Of a DNA stretch of 64,000 bases, positions 31,505-40,738 are shown in pieces. The DNA is from a bacterium (GTDB lineage: Bacteria; Hydrothermota; Tepidihabitantia; Tepidihabitantales; Tepidihabitantaceae), in contig DATJQV010000081.1 in NCBI GenBank assembly GCA_035505375.1, positions 151,423 through 215,422 on the forward strand, written 5' to 3'. Position 1 is the stretch's first letter. The number at the start of each line of letters is the position of its first letter. A program made the position numbers and the translations under genes. Under the pieces are notes generated by a model that saw only the letters and a program-made list of their open reading frames with translations, did no database searches and had not been told where the DNA came from.

Positions 31505-32431
31505 ATGGCGCGCGTCGTTACCATCGTGAATCCGGTCGCGGGCAAGGCCCGAGGGGCGAAGCTGCGCGCCGGGGCAGTCGAGGAGCTGAGGCGGCTCTTT
31601 CCGGATATGGCCATCATGGAGACGAACGCGCCCGGCCACGCGACCGCGCTCGCGCAGGCGGCGAGTGACTCGGAGCTGGTAATCGCGGTCGGCGGGGACG
31701 GAACCGCGCGCGAAGTCGCCTCCGGCCTCCTGCCCTCCACTAGAATGCTCGAATCCTCGACCCCTCGACCCCTTCTCGCTGTCATCCCCGTCGGTTCGTG
31801 CAACGACCTCCCGAAGAACGTCGGCATTCCTGCAGACGTGACTGAAGCCTGCCGGGTTGCCAAGGAGGGCAGGGAGCGTCCAATCGACGTCATCCGAGTT
31901 GAGATGTCGAACGATGCCTCTTCGGCAGTAACGTACTTCGTCAACGCGGCCGGTTTCGGATTCGACGCCACCGTCACGGCCGAGGCGCAGAAGTCAAGGC
32001 ACTTGAGCGGATTGCCGCTGTACCTGGTTGCGGTCATCAGAGCGCTGAGTAACCTGCAATGCCCACTCGTGCGGATTCGTGCGGGCGAGTTTGAGACCGA
32101 GCAGCGCGTCCTGATGATTGCCGCGGCCAACGGTCGGTACTACGGAGGCGGGATGAAAGTAGCGCCCGAGGCAAGACCCGACGACGGGCTTATCGAGGTC
32201 TGCATCGGCTTCAGCATGGGCCGAATCTCGGCTCTGACGAAGCTGCCGCGCTTCGTCGCCGGCACCCACGTGACTCTCAAGGAAGTCAGGATGCTCCGCG
32301 CACCTGAGCTGGACCTCGATTTCCTCGAGCCGGTGAAGATCGAGCTCGACGGCGACGTGCTCTCGCCTCAACCCTACAGGCGTTTCCGCCTGACCGCCCT
32401 GCCCAAGGCCATCAGCATCCGTGTTGCCTGA
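31505..32431 (+). CDS. Diacylglycerol-kinase-family lipid kinase (YegS/DgkA-catalytic domain)
   Basis: IVNPVAGKARG...VIAVGGDGT, the DAGK_cat signature. Confidence 0.75.
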   Translation: MARVVTIVNPVAGKARGAKLRAGAVEELRRLFPDMAIMETNAPGHATALAQAASDSELVIAVGGDGTAREVASGLLPSTRMLESSTPRPLLAVIPVGSCNDLPKNVGIPADVTEACRVAKEGRERPIDVIRVEMSNDASSAVTYFVNAAGFGFDATVTAEAQKSRHLSGLPLYLVAVIRALSNLQCPLVRIRAGEFETEQRVLMIAAANGRYYGGGMKVAPEARPDDGLIEVCIGFSMGRISALTKLPRFVAGTHVTLKEVRMLRAPELDLDFLEPVKIELDGDVLSPQPYRRFRLTALPKAISIRVA

Positions 32432-32472
32432 CGCTTGCGGCCCGGCGTCGGGCGCCGAGAGATAAGGCCATC

Positions 32473-32504
32473 GTGTTTGACAGCGGAGGCGGGTCGACTA
32501 TGAT
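32473..32504 (+). promoter_or_regulatory. Putative sigma70-type promoter for the lipoprotein pair
   Basis: TTGACA, a 16-nt spacer, then TATGAT, directly upstream of the GTG start at 32511. Confidence 0.4.
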
Positions 32505-32510
32505 AGCACC

Positions 32511-32867
32511 GTGAGACTATTCGTGGTCGCTGCAGCCATGGCGGCGCTGCTTGCTGCGTCCGGTTGCCACAACACCGGACCGAACACCCATTCGATGGTT
32601 TTCAATGTCTCAATGTCCTCGTTCAGCGTGAATGGCCGCAAGATCGAGGTCGGGTATAGCTGGGGAGTCCAGACGCCGAACGGCGCGACCGATACCTTCG
32701 ACATCACGCGGGGCGCCGTGGTCGGCCGGCTGGTCGTCACTTCACTGGTCCCGGCGAGCGACCCAAATGACTACGACGCGGCGATCAACGTCCACGAGGA
32801 TACGTCAGGAGTGCTTTACTGCCGCGAGTACAGCCCTTACATTGATGCGGCAATAATCGCGCCATGA
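32511..32867 (+). CDS. Small lipoprotein, hypothetical
   Basis: Lipobox LLAASGC. 118 aa. Confidence 0.45.
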   Translation: MRLFVVAAAMAALLAASGCHNTGPNTHSMVFNVSMSSFSVNGRKIEVGYSWGVQTPNGATDTFDITRGAVVGRLVVTSLVPASDPNDYDAAINVHEDTSGVLYCREYSPYIDAAIIAP

Positions 32868-33232
32868 GGTACGCTCTGTTGGCCGCAGTCACGCTGGCTG
32901 CAATCCTACCGTCGGGCTGCGACCGCAAATCCCAGCAACCGGACACGACACCGCCGGTCCTCAGTTGGGTCTACCCGCACGACGGCGACACCGTCGCCGC
33001 CGGCGTCTACGAACTGACGGTGCTGGCGACGGACGACCAGCAAATGAAGGATGTCGCGTTCTTCAACGGGCCCGACTTGCTCGGCCTGATTGACACTCCG
33101 CAGGGCGACACGTACCGCGTCGCGGTTGACTGCCGGGCCGACACGGGACATGTTTACCAGCTCCGCGCCTACGCCCGAGATATGGCGTTGCATCAGGTCG
33201 AATCCGACGTGACGGTGTACATCCGGCGCTGA
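32864..33232 (+). CDS. Small lipoprotein, hypothetical (Ig-like)
   Basis: Lipobox ILPSGC. ATGA overlap with the upstream gene. Confidence 0.45.
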   Translation: MRYALLAAVTLAAILPSGCDRKSQQPDTTPPVLSWVYPHDGDTVAAGVYELTVLATDDQQMKDVAFFNGPDLLGLIDTPQGDTYRVAVDCRADTGHVYQLRAYARDMALHQVESDVTVYIRR

Positions 33233-33275
33233 GCCCTGAGCCCGGGGAAACTGCACTTGTCGGGGCTGGCGGCGC

Positions 33276-33827
33276 TCAGGCCGTGAATCGGTCGTAGTAG
33301 TCGACCCGACCGATGCCGAAGGGGAAGGTAGCAACGAGTTTGTGTTCCTCGTCCGGCTCGATTCTGAGCAAGGTGACAGCATCAATTACGCCGAGTGAAC
33401 GGCCGATACGATTGGCCTCGGCCAAGGCGTAGGCGCGCTGGCGGGGATCGGTCACGCGGCCGAGCCAGACTTGGGGCTCGTAGACCGGCGCACCGCCGAG
33501 TAGAGACAGCGGTTCGGCGCCGGTCATGGCAACATGAAGCTGAATGAGTTCGTCACGGCCATCCTGGATTTCGAAGAAAAGCGACTCGCCGTGTTCGGTG
33601 CAGTGGGTGAAGGAAACGGCGAGCGGATGGAGGTCGCGACGGACTCGACCGACGTGCTCGGAAACGTTCTGGATTTCGTCGAGGGTGGCAGGCGTGAACG
33701 GCAGCACCATCGGGATATACGGCCTGACCCGGTAGTACCAGGTCGGAAACTGCTCTCTGAGGTCCTGGATCTGCGCCTCGCTGTCCAGTTTCGGGAAAGC
33801 GACGACGCAATGCTGGGCCGCCTTCAC
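33276..33827 (-). CDS. Hypothetical protein (possibly a 2H-phosphoesterase-like fold)
   Basis: 183 aa ORF. It has one H-x-T-x motif (HCTE); a second such motif is not convincing. Confidence 0.35.
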   Translation of the reverse strand: MKAAQHCVVAFPKLDSEAQIQDLREQFPTWYYRVRPYIPMVLPFTPATLDEIQNVSEHVGRVRRDLHPLAVSFTHCTEHGESLFFEIQDGRDELIQLHVAMTGAEPLSLLGGAPVYEPQVWLGRVTDPRQRAYALAEANRIGRSLGVIDAVTLLRIEPDEEHKLVATFPFGIGRVDYYDRFTA

Positions 33828-34049
33828 GCTGTAATTGTAGCAATATCATATGGTTCTGGCAATAGGTGAATCAACGGAAGCCCGGGCCGGCAGCTACAAA
33901 CGGGCTCGAAACCGGCGACTGCACCGTGCCCGGGTGAAAGCATGCTGTCAGCCGCGGAATGGTACCGGTTCCGGCCGTCCTTGGCGAATCCGCGCCGCCG
34001 GACCTTCACTGATTGACAGACAAGAACGTTACCGCATAATCATTCTCGG

Positions 34050-34838
34050 ATGAAGAGCCTTAGCTTTCCTATCGCCTTGGCACTGTCGCTCGTCGCCTGC
34101 GCGGTCCATACCGAACCCACGCCGCCGGTTTCCATCGCGCCGGTTGGACGTCTGGTAGTCGCTCAGGACAGCAGCACCAGGTTCCTCACAATCACGGCCG
34201 CGCTCGACTCGGCCCGGGATGGCGACACCGTTTTCGTGATGCCGGGTGAATACCACGAACCCGTGAAGGTCGAAAAGACGCGACACATCACGTTGCTTGG
34301 AGCCGATCCGGCCACAACCATCGTTGATGCCAGCGACCAGTATGCGGCGATCGAGTTGCGCACCGACAGCAACCGGGTTTCCGGTTTCACATTGCGTGGC
34401 GCTGACTCGCACGGAATATGGGTGAGAGAAGGGCAGCAGTTCATCGACCACTGCCTGATTATCGACAATGGCGACCGGGGAATCTACCTGAGCTCATTTG
34501 CAGGACGTTCCTACGCGAAGATCACTCACTGTACGATTGCCGACAATGGCGAGGTCGGAATTCACGCTGCCCGGGACGATTCCAACACGGTAATAACCGA
34601 CTGTATCATCGCGCTCAACCCGCGCGGAGTAGTGACAGACCAACCTGAAGGCAAGCTCGTGGTACGACGGAATTGTCTGTTTGGCAATGGGCTCGACTTC
34701 GACCGCGTTGCTCCGGGCGACAGCAACATCGTTCGAGACCCGATGTTCTTCGACAACGCAGAGGGTGATTTTCGACTCAAGAATGACTCACCCTGCATCG
34801 GCGCAGGGATTGGTGGAACCAACCTCGGAGCATTCTAA
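34050..34838 (+). CDS. Right-handed parallel beta-helix repeat lipoprotein (NosD/pectate-lyase-like)
   Basis: Lipobox LVAC. Repeated blocks with the pattern (hydrophobic)xxNxI(R/T)G are typical of PbH1 repeats. Confidence 0.6.
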   Translation: MKSLSFPIALALSLVACAVHTEPTPPVSIAPVGRLVVAQDSSTRFLTITAALDSARDGDTVFVMPGEYHEPVKVEKTRHITLLGADPATTIVDASDQYAAIELRTDSNRVSGFTLRGADSHGIWVREGQQFIDHCLIIDNGDRGIYLSSFAGRSYAKITHCTIADNGEVGIHAARDDSNTVITDCIIALNPRGVVTDQPEGKLVVRRNCLFGNGLDFDRVAPGDSNIVRDPMFFDNAEGDFRLKNDSPCIGAGIGGTNLGAF

Positions 34839-35034
34839 GCCACTGTTCATCAAGGTCTTAGGCTGATTCGCCGCACTTCCGGACTGCCGCCTCATAGGAG
34901 CAGTGGCGTGGAGGGGGTTACCGTTTCTAACCATCGGCATTTCAACAGCCTATCTGCATCGCCCAATTCCGGCCGGATGCTCCCATCATTGTAGTAGTTG
35001 TGTAAGTCACTGATTATCAATGGTTAGTGATTGC

Positions 35035-35063
35035 GGTCAGGTTCGCTTGACAAGACCCGCTGG
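35035..35063 (+). promoter_or_regulatory. Putative sigma70-type promoter
   Basis: TTGACA, a 17-nt spacer, then TATCCT. Confidence 0.4.
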
Positions 35064-35262
35064 GGGGCTTATCCTGATTCGGCAGCATCGGTGGTCTGAC
35101 ACCGACACTGCGCTGCCGACAGCAAGTCAGAATCGAAACCGGCCGACTGATGGATCCCGACCGGTTGAGATGCACGACATTCACGCGGCATACGCGAGGA
35201 ACCATCGCCCTCCTTTGGAAGCGCCCCGGCATCCGAGCCGGGGCGCTGGTTTCCAGACAGAG
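35064..35262 (+). ncRNA. Candidate structured RNA or 5' leader (unclassified)
   Basis: Nested hairpins (cggcagc...gctgccg and aaccgg...ccggtt) end in a 10-bp GC stem agcgccccgg / ccggggcgct followed by GGUUUCC. The region is 530 bp and gene-free. Confidence 0.3.
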
Positions 35263-35396
35263 TATGGCGCGAGGGAAACGGTGGTGTCGACGGGACGCGG
35301 ACGTGCGATGACCTGCGCGAAGTGGTTCCCGCGCGGGCCCGTCCTGCGCGACCGTGCGCGGCTTGACCGGTGCGCCCCACCTCGTATACTGACTCC

Positions 35397-36041
35397 ATGA
35401 AGGGCATCAGGCTCGAACCGGCCCGCAGCCTCCTCGACAACTTCACCCACGCAGAGCTGGCGCGTCTCGTCAGACGGAGCCGGCTCAAGGTTTCCGTCCC
35501 CCGCAGCCGTGCCGCCCTGGCCGACCTGATTACGAAGCATCTGGATCTCGACGGCGTAGTAGAAGAGACCCGCCAGCTTTTCCACACCCGGCGTTCAGCG
35601 CCACGCCGTGCAGCGCACGCGACCCGGCTCGACCAGCTTCCCCCGCTTCACGGAAGCGCCACGGTTCAGGCATACTCGCGTTCCCGGCCACAGCTCGGCC
35701 GGGCACTGCTCGGACGCAGCGACGACTGCATGGCGCTCGGCTTCAATAGTGTGCCGCTTTTCCTTGAGAACCGCTGGCCGGTCGTCGTGCGCGATGTCGG
35801 CCTTGTGCCGCGCTCGCGGCTCTATGCAGCTTTCGTCCGGCCCGGCCGCGTTCACCCTTCGGCTGAGGCCGCGCCGCCCCGGACCAAACCCTATTTGCTG
35901 GACGAAGGCGAGTACCAGCTCCGAAACGGCCGACTCCGGTTCGAGCTGGCACACGCCGGCCCGATTTCCTTCCAAGTGACATTCCTGCGCAAGCGACCGC
36001 CCGCCGGCCGGGCAGAGTATCTTTTCGAACCCATCGTCTAG
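35397..36041 (+). CDS. Hypothetical protein
   Basis: ORF only. The start is taken at MKGIRLEPARS. Confidence 0.35.
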   Translation: MKGIRLEPARSLLDNFTHAELARLVRRSRLKVSVPRSRAALADLITKHLDLDGVVEETRQLFHTRRSAPRRAAHATRLDQLPPLHGSATVQAYSRSRPQLGRALLGRSDDCMALGFNSVPLFLENRWPVVVRDVGLVPRSRLYAAFVRPGRVHPSAEAAPPRTKPYLLDEGEYQLRNGRLRFELAHAGPISFQVTFLRKRPPAGRAEYLFEPIV

Positions 36042-36129
36042 TCATTTTCGATTTCCGCTTGTCGATTTCCGATTGTCCGCCCAGACTTCTGAATTCTGCC
36101 TTCTGGTTTCTGAATTCTGAATCGTCCTG

Positions 36130-36915
36130 ATGGTCGGACTACTCGTCCTCGCCATCGCCCCGGCCGTCGCCCTGTTCCTCTTCTTCTACCTCCGCGACAA
36201 GTACCGAAGAGAACCCATCGGTGTCCTGCTGGTAACGTTCGCGCTGGGCGCCGCCTCACTGGTTCCCGCGGCAATCACGTCGCTCTCGCTTCAGAAGCTC
36301 ACCGGCTGGCGCTCAAGCACCCCCAGCCTGCTCCATGCCTTCCTCGGCGCGATGATTATCGTCGGCCTGGTCGAAGAGGGCGCGAAGTTCATTGTCGTCC
36401 GGTTCTACGCCTACCACCGGCCCGAGTTCGACGAACCCTATGACGGGATAATGTACTCGGTCATGGCCGCGCTCGGCTTTGCCACCCTAGAAAACATCAT
36501 CTACATCTTCTCAAACGGCGCCGGAACCGGCGTGATGCGCGCGCTGCTGGCGATGCCGAGCCACGCCTTCGACGGCGTGCTGATGGGCTACTTCCTCGGC
36601 GAGGCCAAGTTCGCGCGCAACGACCGTGTCGGCAACTGGCTTTCCGCTCTTGGTTTCGGATTGGCAGTCATCGCCCACGGGCTATACGACTTCATTGTTT
36701 TCTCGCTCGACAAGAGGCCGCTGATGGTGCTAAGCCTGCTCACGATGGCGGTTCTATTCTGGGTTATTTTCTTCAAGGCCACTCGGAAACTGTCGGAACA
36801 GTCGCCCTACAAACACCCGCAGCTAGTCGCACTTCGCCGCGACTCGGCCGAAGAGGCGAAGACCGAAGAACATACGGACAACCTACAAGACACAAAGCCA
36901 CCGCAGAAGGGATGA
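36130..36915 (+). CDS. prsW: PrsW-family intramembrane metalloprotease
   Basis: EEGAKF, FATLEN and HGLYD motifs in a multi-pass membrane protein. Confidence 0.75.
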   Translation: MVGLLVLAIAPAVALFLFFYLRDKYRREPIGVLLVTFALGAASLVPAAITSLSLQKLTGWRSSTPSLLHAFLGAMIIVGLVEEGAKFIVVRFYAYHRPEFDEPYDGIMYSVMAALGFATLENIIYIFSNGAGTGVMRALLAMPSHAFDGVLMGYFLGEAKFARNDRVGNWLSALGFGLAVIAHGLYDFIVFSLDKRPLMVLSLLTMAVLFWVIFFKATRKLSEQSPYKHPQLVALRRDSAEEAKTEEHTDNLQDTKPPQKG

Positions 36916-37021
36916 AGGCGGAGGGATGAAGGATGAATTCCGGTTCCGGCCTCCCGGTTCAGCCTTTCCGGTTTCATCGCTTCCTCTTTGTGTCTTGGTG
37001 TCTTTGTGGTGAATCCCGAAA

Positions 37022-37654
37022 CTACTGACCCGCCCGCGAAAACTCCTCGATAGCCGCATCCGACAGTGGGTGATTGCCGAGACTGAGCAGTATGTCCAGC
37101 GGTAGCGTCAGATGATTCGCCCCGGCCACTACGGCCTGCGTGGCCTCATCGGCCGACTTGATACTCGCGGCCAGTATCTCAACACATCTGTCGGACGTCC
37201 TGAGCACCGCCGCCATCTCGGCCACCAGCTTGTTCCCGTCACCAAGTAACCGCGTAGCCCGGTTCACATAGGGAATCACGTAGCGAGCGCCCGCTTCGCA
37301 GGCGACGAGAGTCTGAGCTCCGCTGTAGACAGCGGTAGCGGCACACGGAGTGTCCCGTGAGAGCTTCGCCATCAAAGCCAGGTTCTCGGTTGTGGCAGGT
37401 ATCTTCAGCACGACCTTCTCGCGGCAGATGTCGAAGAACTCCCTGCCCTCGCGCTCCCGCTCTTCCGGCGTCTTTGCCGTCACCTGATAGAACACCGGCC
37501 CAGGCGCAAGTGCGCAGATCTGCCGAATGATGTCTTTCGGCTGCCCCTTCACCTTCGCCATGATGGTCGGGTTCGTGGTCACGCCCGAAAGAAACCCGAG
37601 CTCGACCGCCCGCCTTACTTCCTCAATCTTCGCGCTATCCAGGAATAGTCCCAC
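37022..37654 (-). CDS. fsa: Transaldolase / fructose-6-phosphate aldolase family (short TalC/Fsa type)
   Basis: 210 aa. GVTTNP and a VLKIPAT Schiff-base lysine region. Confidence 0.8.
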   Translation of the reverse strand: MGLFLDSAKIEEVRRAVELGFLSGVTTNPTIMAKVKGQPKDIIRQICALAPGPVFYQVTAKTPEEREREGREFFDICREKVVLKIPATTENLALMAKLSRDTPCAATAVYSGAQTLVACEAGARYVIPYVNRATRLLGDGNKLVAEMAAVLRTSDRCVEILAASIKSADEATQAVVAGANHLTLPLDILLSLGNHPLSDAAIEEFSRAGQ

Positions 37655-37657
37655 TGC

Positions 37658-38815
37658 TCACTCCTTTTCGGTTCGGGTCAAGAAACGTTCGACATGATCC
37701 CGCCTTGGCATGGATGGTTCAGCGCCCATGATGGTGCAGGCGAGAGCGCCGCAGGCGTTGGCGAATCGCACAGCTTCATCAAGGCTGGCACCCTCGGCAA
37801 TTCTCACCGCCAATCCGGCGCGGAACGCATCCCCAGCGCCGGTCGTGTCCACGACGTTCACCTTGTGCGCCGGGAACCGGGTCAGCGCGGCGCGGTCAAC
37901 TGCCAGCGCGCCTTCTTCGCCGAGTGAGATAACCACGCCCTGCCGCGTCTCGGGCAGAAGCACAGCCGCCGCTTCCTCCGGCGTCATCCTGCCGGTCAGC
38001 ATGTGGGCTTCGATTTCGTTGGGCACAAGGTAGTCAAAGTAGAAGTCGTCCAGTGGTCTCGTGGTCGAGTGTTCCGGCATCTCCGTTCTGGAACTCTGGC
38101 TTCTGCCCCCTTCTGTCTGACTTGGTGCCTTTGCGTCTTGGTGGTGAAATCCGTCTCCGCAATTCTGGTTTCTAGTTTCTGGTTTCTGGTCTCTGGTTTC
38201 TCCGTCCGCCTTTGTGTCTTCGTGTCTTTGTGGTGAATCCCCGCAATTCTGGACCCTGGACTCTGGATTCTGGATTCTGGATTCTTCCTGTCCTCCATGC
38301 CTCACCGGCGCAGGGTCGAGCAGCACCAGTGTTCCGTGCTTCCGGGCAATCTCGGCGGCACGCCGCGACGCTGCCAACGGTATCTCGAACTGGAGCATCA
38401 GGATGTCGGCGAGGGCAATCTGCTCCTCTACCGCGAGCACATCCTCGGGCGTCACGCGCATGTTGGCCCGCGGCGCGGCGATGATGCTGTTCTGCCCGTT
38501 CTCGTCCACGACCGGCGTGGCAATCGCGGTTCCCGCCTCAGGGTCGCGGGTCACGCCACTCAGGCAGATTCCTTCCTGCTCCAGCTTGGCGACGAACATG
38601 TCACCGAACGGGTCGCGGCCGACCCGACCGACGATGCACACGTCAGCGCCCAGTCGCCTCGCTCCGACCGCCTGGTTGAACCCCTTGCCGCCGAGGAACA
38701 TACCGAAGTCTTCGGCCAGCATCGTCTCGCCCGGTCCGGGCCGGTGCTTCACTCTAAACATGAGGTCGGTCACGAAGCTCCCGACAACCAGAACGCGAGG
38801 CCGGTCGCCTTTCAT
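37658..38815 (-). CDS. PfkB/ribokinase-family sugar kinase carrying an in-frame insertion of about 75 aa
   Basis: N-terminal GGKGFNQA and C-terminal DTTGAGDAF motifs. Between LDPAPV and DDFYFDYLVPNE, where E. coli RbsK has about 8 residues, lies about 75 aa of low-complexity sequence. It is encoded by heptamer and 35-nt repeats at 38090-38300. Confidence 0.7.
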   Translation of the reverse strand: MKGDRPRVLVVGSFVTDLMFRVKHRPGPGETMLAEDFGMFLGGKGFNQAVGARRLGADVCIVGRVGRDPFGDMFVAKLEQEGICLSGVTRDPEAGTAIATPVVDENGQNSIIAAPRANMRVTPEDVLAVEEQIALADILMLQFEIPLAASRRAAEIARKHGTLVLLDPAPVRHGGQEESRIQNPESRVQNCGDSPQRHEDTKADGETRDQKPETRNQNCGDGFHHQDAKAPSQTEGGRSQSSRTEMPEHSTTRPLDDFYFDYLVPNEIEAHMLTGRMTPEEAAAVLLPETRQGVVISLGEEGALAVDRAALTRFPAHKVNVVDTTGAGDAFRAGLAVRIAEGASLDEAVRFANACGALACTIMGAEPSMPRRDHVERFLTRTEKE

Positions 38816-38830
38816 CTCGTCGCCAGCAGG
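38785..38830. repeat. Direct repeat A (ribokinase start region), partner of 40699-40745
   Basis: caaccagaacgcgaggccggtcgcctttcatctcgtcgcc versus caagcagaacgcgcggccggtcgcctttcatgctgtcgag. Confidence 0.7.
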
Positions 38831-38831
38831 A

Positions 38832-40604
38832 CTATAGCGGCAGCTTCTCCCACTGGAATCTCCGTCGAGCAACGTTCATGCACCTGTCAAACATGGCATT
38901 AGTCCGCAAGAAACTATAGCTCTCTTGGGCGAGCCTCGTCTGATCGTCATTGTTGTTCACAGCTTCAGCGACGATGAATCTCACGCGGGTTGAAGCGACT
39001 TGCTTGAGCCGATCGAGGTAGTTCCCCCGAACGACTAGGTCGTTGCCGTAGCTGTTAGTTAGGTCGTCAAGGTCGTCCGCGTTGAGCACGCCCTGCACCA
39101 CGAGCGCCCAAATGAGATTGCGTGCTCGACCCATGTAGTCGTACTTGTTCTCGCCTCGTTTCACGATTTCCTGCACGACGCTATTCAGTTTCAACTGCAC
39201 CTTGTATAGCAGAATGATCTTCCTGCTGTCCGCCTCTAGGTAGCACTTGCGGAAACAGTCCGAATACTGTTTCTCCTCGCCAAAGACATCCCTGAGCCGA
39301 GACATCCGGTCGGTCTGCCCCTGTATGGCAAGAAACGTCTGCGCCAGCTTCTTGATATCAACGGCCCTGCCAACAGTGACGTCGTACCCCTGGTCCTCGA
39401 GCTCGGAATCCGACAGACTCTCGAATGACTCCTCCTGTCTTTCGTAGAAGAGACGGAGGTCGTCCCTGAGCTTCTCTTGTATGGCGAGCTGAATGTCGTC
39501 GTTTGCCCTGAGATGCCACGGCTCAACCGGGTTCTGCTGGTTGTTTCTGACAGTCACGTTCACCACAAAGTCACGCGAGGCAGCCGATATGAACTTCGCG
39601 ATGACGTGTACGTCCTCAAGGCGGCTGCGGTTACTAACAAGCGCCGCATTGTCTTTGTTGTCATCAACGAACTTCGCCAAGCTCGTGATAGTCTGCGCAC
39701 CATTCAGAAGGCGGGGCTCCACAATGGTCGCCCGACGATCGGCGACCTCGAGAGCCTCGACCGCCAGGGCGACACCGTTGTGGTTGAACGCAAAGACGCT
39801 GGGCTCGTCCCTCTCGGCAAGGACAATGTCCCGAAACGCTGCTCTAAGGGCACGATTTGGGCGCGATTCCGGTGACAGACCCGCTCGAATGTTCCTCTCG
39901 AAGAACCTAAACCCCATCTCACGATACATGCGATAGAGATCCATCAGTCTGACTGTGCCCACATGAAGGCGCTCTCCCGCGGGGCCGACGCATTCTCCAT
40001 GCCAGGGCATGTCGACATCGTACCTGTGGAGTTTTTGGACAGGCGGGGTCCACTTCTTCTTGGTCTGGTTCGAAGCGAACTGGGTGAAGAATTCCACCTC
40101 TCTCCCAAAGAATCCGTTCACGACGTGCCGTTTGTCTTCAAGTTCCTCACGTAAGGCGGTAAGCGTAGGGCTGTTCTCAGCAGCCCTCGCGTCCCCGTTG
40201 AAGACGAACTGAACGATGACGCGATCCACAATAGCCTTGTTCTCGATAATGGCCGACTTGAGTTGTCCGACAAGAGGATTCTGTCTCTCGTCCTGAAGCG
40301 GGTCACCGAATATGCGTTGAATGCCTGCTGAGATCAGACGCCTGAACGATTCTCTGAACAGAGTGTGATTCTCCGACCACTTGAATTGGAACAGATAGAG
40401 ATTCCGTCTTGTCATGTCGAGATGAAACGCGTCGAAGCCGTAGTCATCGCCACCGAATGCCACCTGACAGGCTACCTCCTCGACCGATTGGTAACCATAC
40501 TCCCTCATCAGGTAGAGAACTGCGAAGTAGTCCTCTTTCACGCCACCATAGTGAACTGAGTGTTCTTTGAAGGTTTGGTCGAGTTCTCTCTGCGTGACAA
40601 TCAT
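38832..40604 (-). CDS. Putative abortive-infection / phage-defence protein (AIPR-like), on a lower-GC island
   Basis: 590 aa. The N-terminal GGDDYGFDAF block resembles the G-DDGGIDA motif of AIPR (PF10592) proteins. Hand-counted GC in 60-nt stretches is about 47-55% inside the gene versus 62-68% in its neighbours. The family call rests on memory of that motif and is not verified. Confidence 0.4.
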   Translation of the reverse strand: MIVTQRELDQTFKEHSVHYGGVKEDYFAVLYLMREYGYQSVEEVACQVAFGGDDYGFDAFHLDMTRRNLYLFQFKWSENHTLFRESFRRLISAGIQRIFGDPLQDERQNPLVGQLKSAIIENKAIVDRVIVQFVFNGDARAAENSPTLTALREELEDKRHVVNGFFGREVEFFTQFASNQTKKKWTPPVQKLHRYDVDMPWHGECVGPAGERLHVGTVRLMDLYRMYREMGFRFFERNIRAGLSPESRPNRALRAAFRDIVLAERDEPSVFAFNHNGVALAVEALEVADRRATIVEPRLLNGAQTITSLAKFVDDNKDNAALVSNRSRLEDVHVIAKFISAASRDFVVNVTVRNNQQNPVEPWHLRANDDIQLAIQEKLRDDLRLFYERQEESFESLSDSELEDQGYDVTVGRAVDIKKLAQTFLAIQGQTDRMSRLRDVFGEEKQYSDCFRKCYLEADSRKIILLYKVQLKLNSVVQEIVKRGENKYDYMGRARNLIWALVVQGVLNADDLDDLTNSYGNDLVVRGNYLDRLKQVASTRVRFIVAEAVNNNDDQTRLAQESYSFLRTNAMFDRCMNVARRRFQWEKLPL

Positions 40605-40659
40605 GCGTCCTCCACCTGCGGCCAGTTTCTAGTCTTGTGGATCCATCGTTGCGGCGACC

Positions 40660-40738
40660 TAGGCCGGCGCGGGATCCGCGACAGGACGTCTGTTGTAAAT
40701 CGCCTGACAAGCAGAACGCGCGGCCGGTCGCCTTTCAT
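40660..40738 (-). pseudogene. Duplicated remnant of the ribokinase 5' end
   Basis: The reverse complement reads ATGAAAGGCGACCGGCCGCGCGTTCTGCTTGTC..., giving MKGDRPRVLLVRRFTTDVLSRIPRRP*. The intact gene reads MKGDRPRVLVVGSFVTDLMFRV. The remnant stops after 26 codons. Confidence 0.6.
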
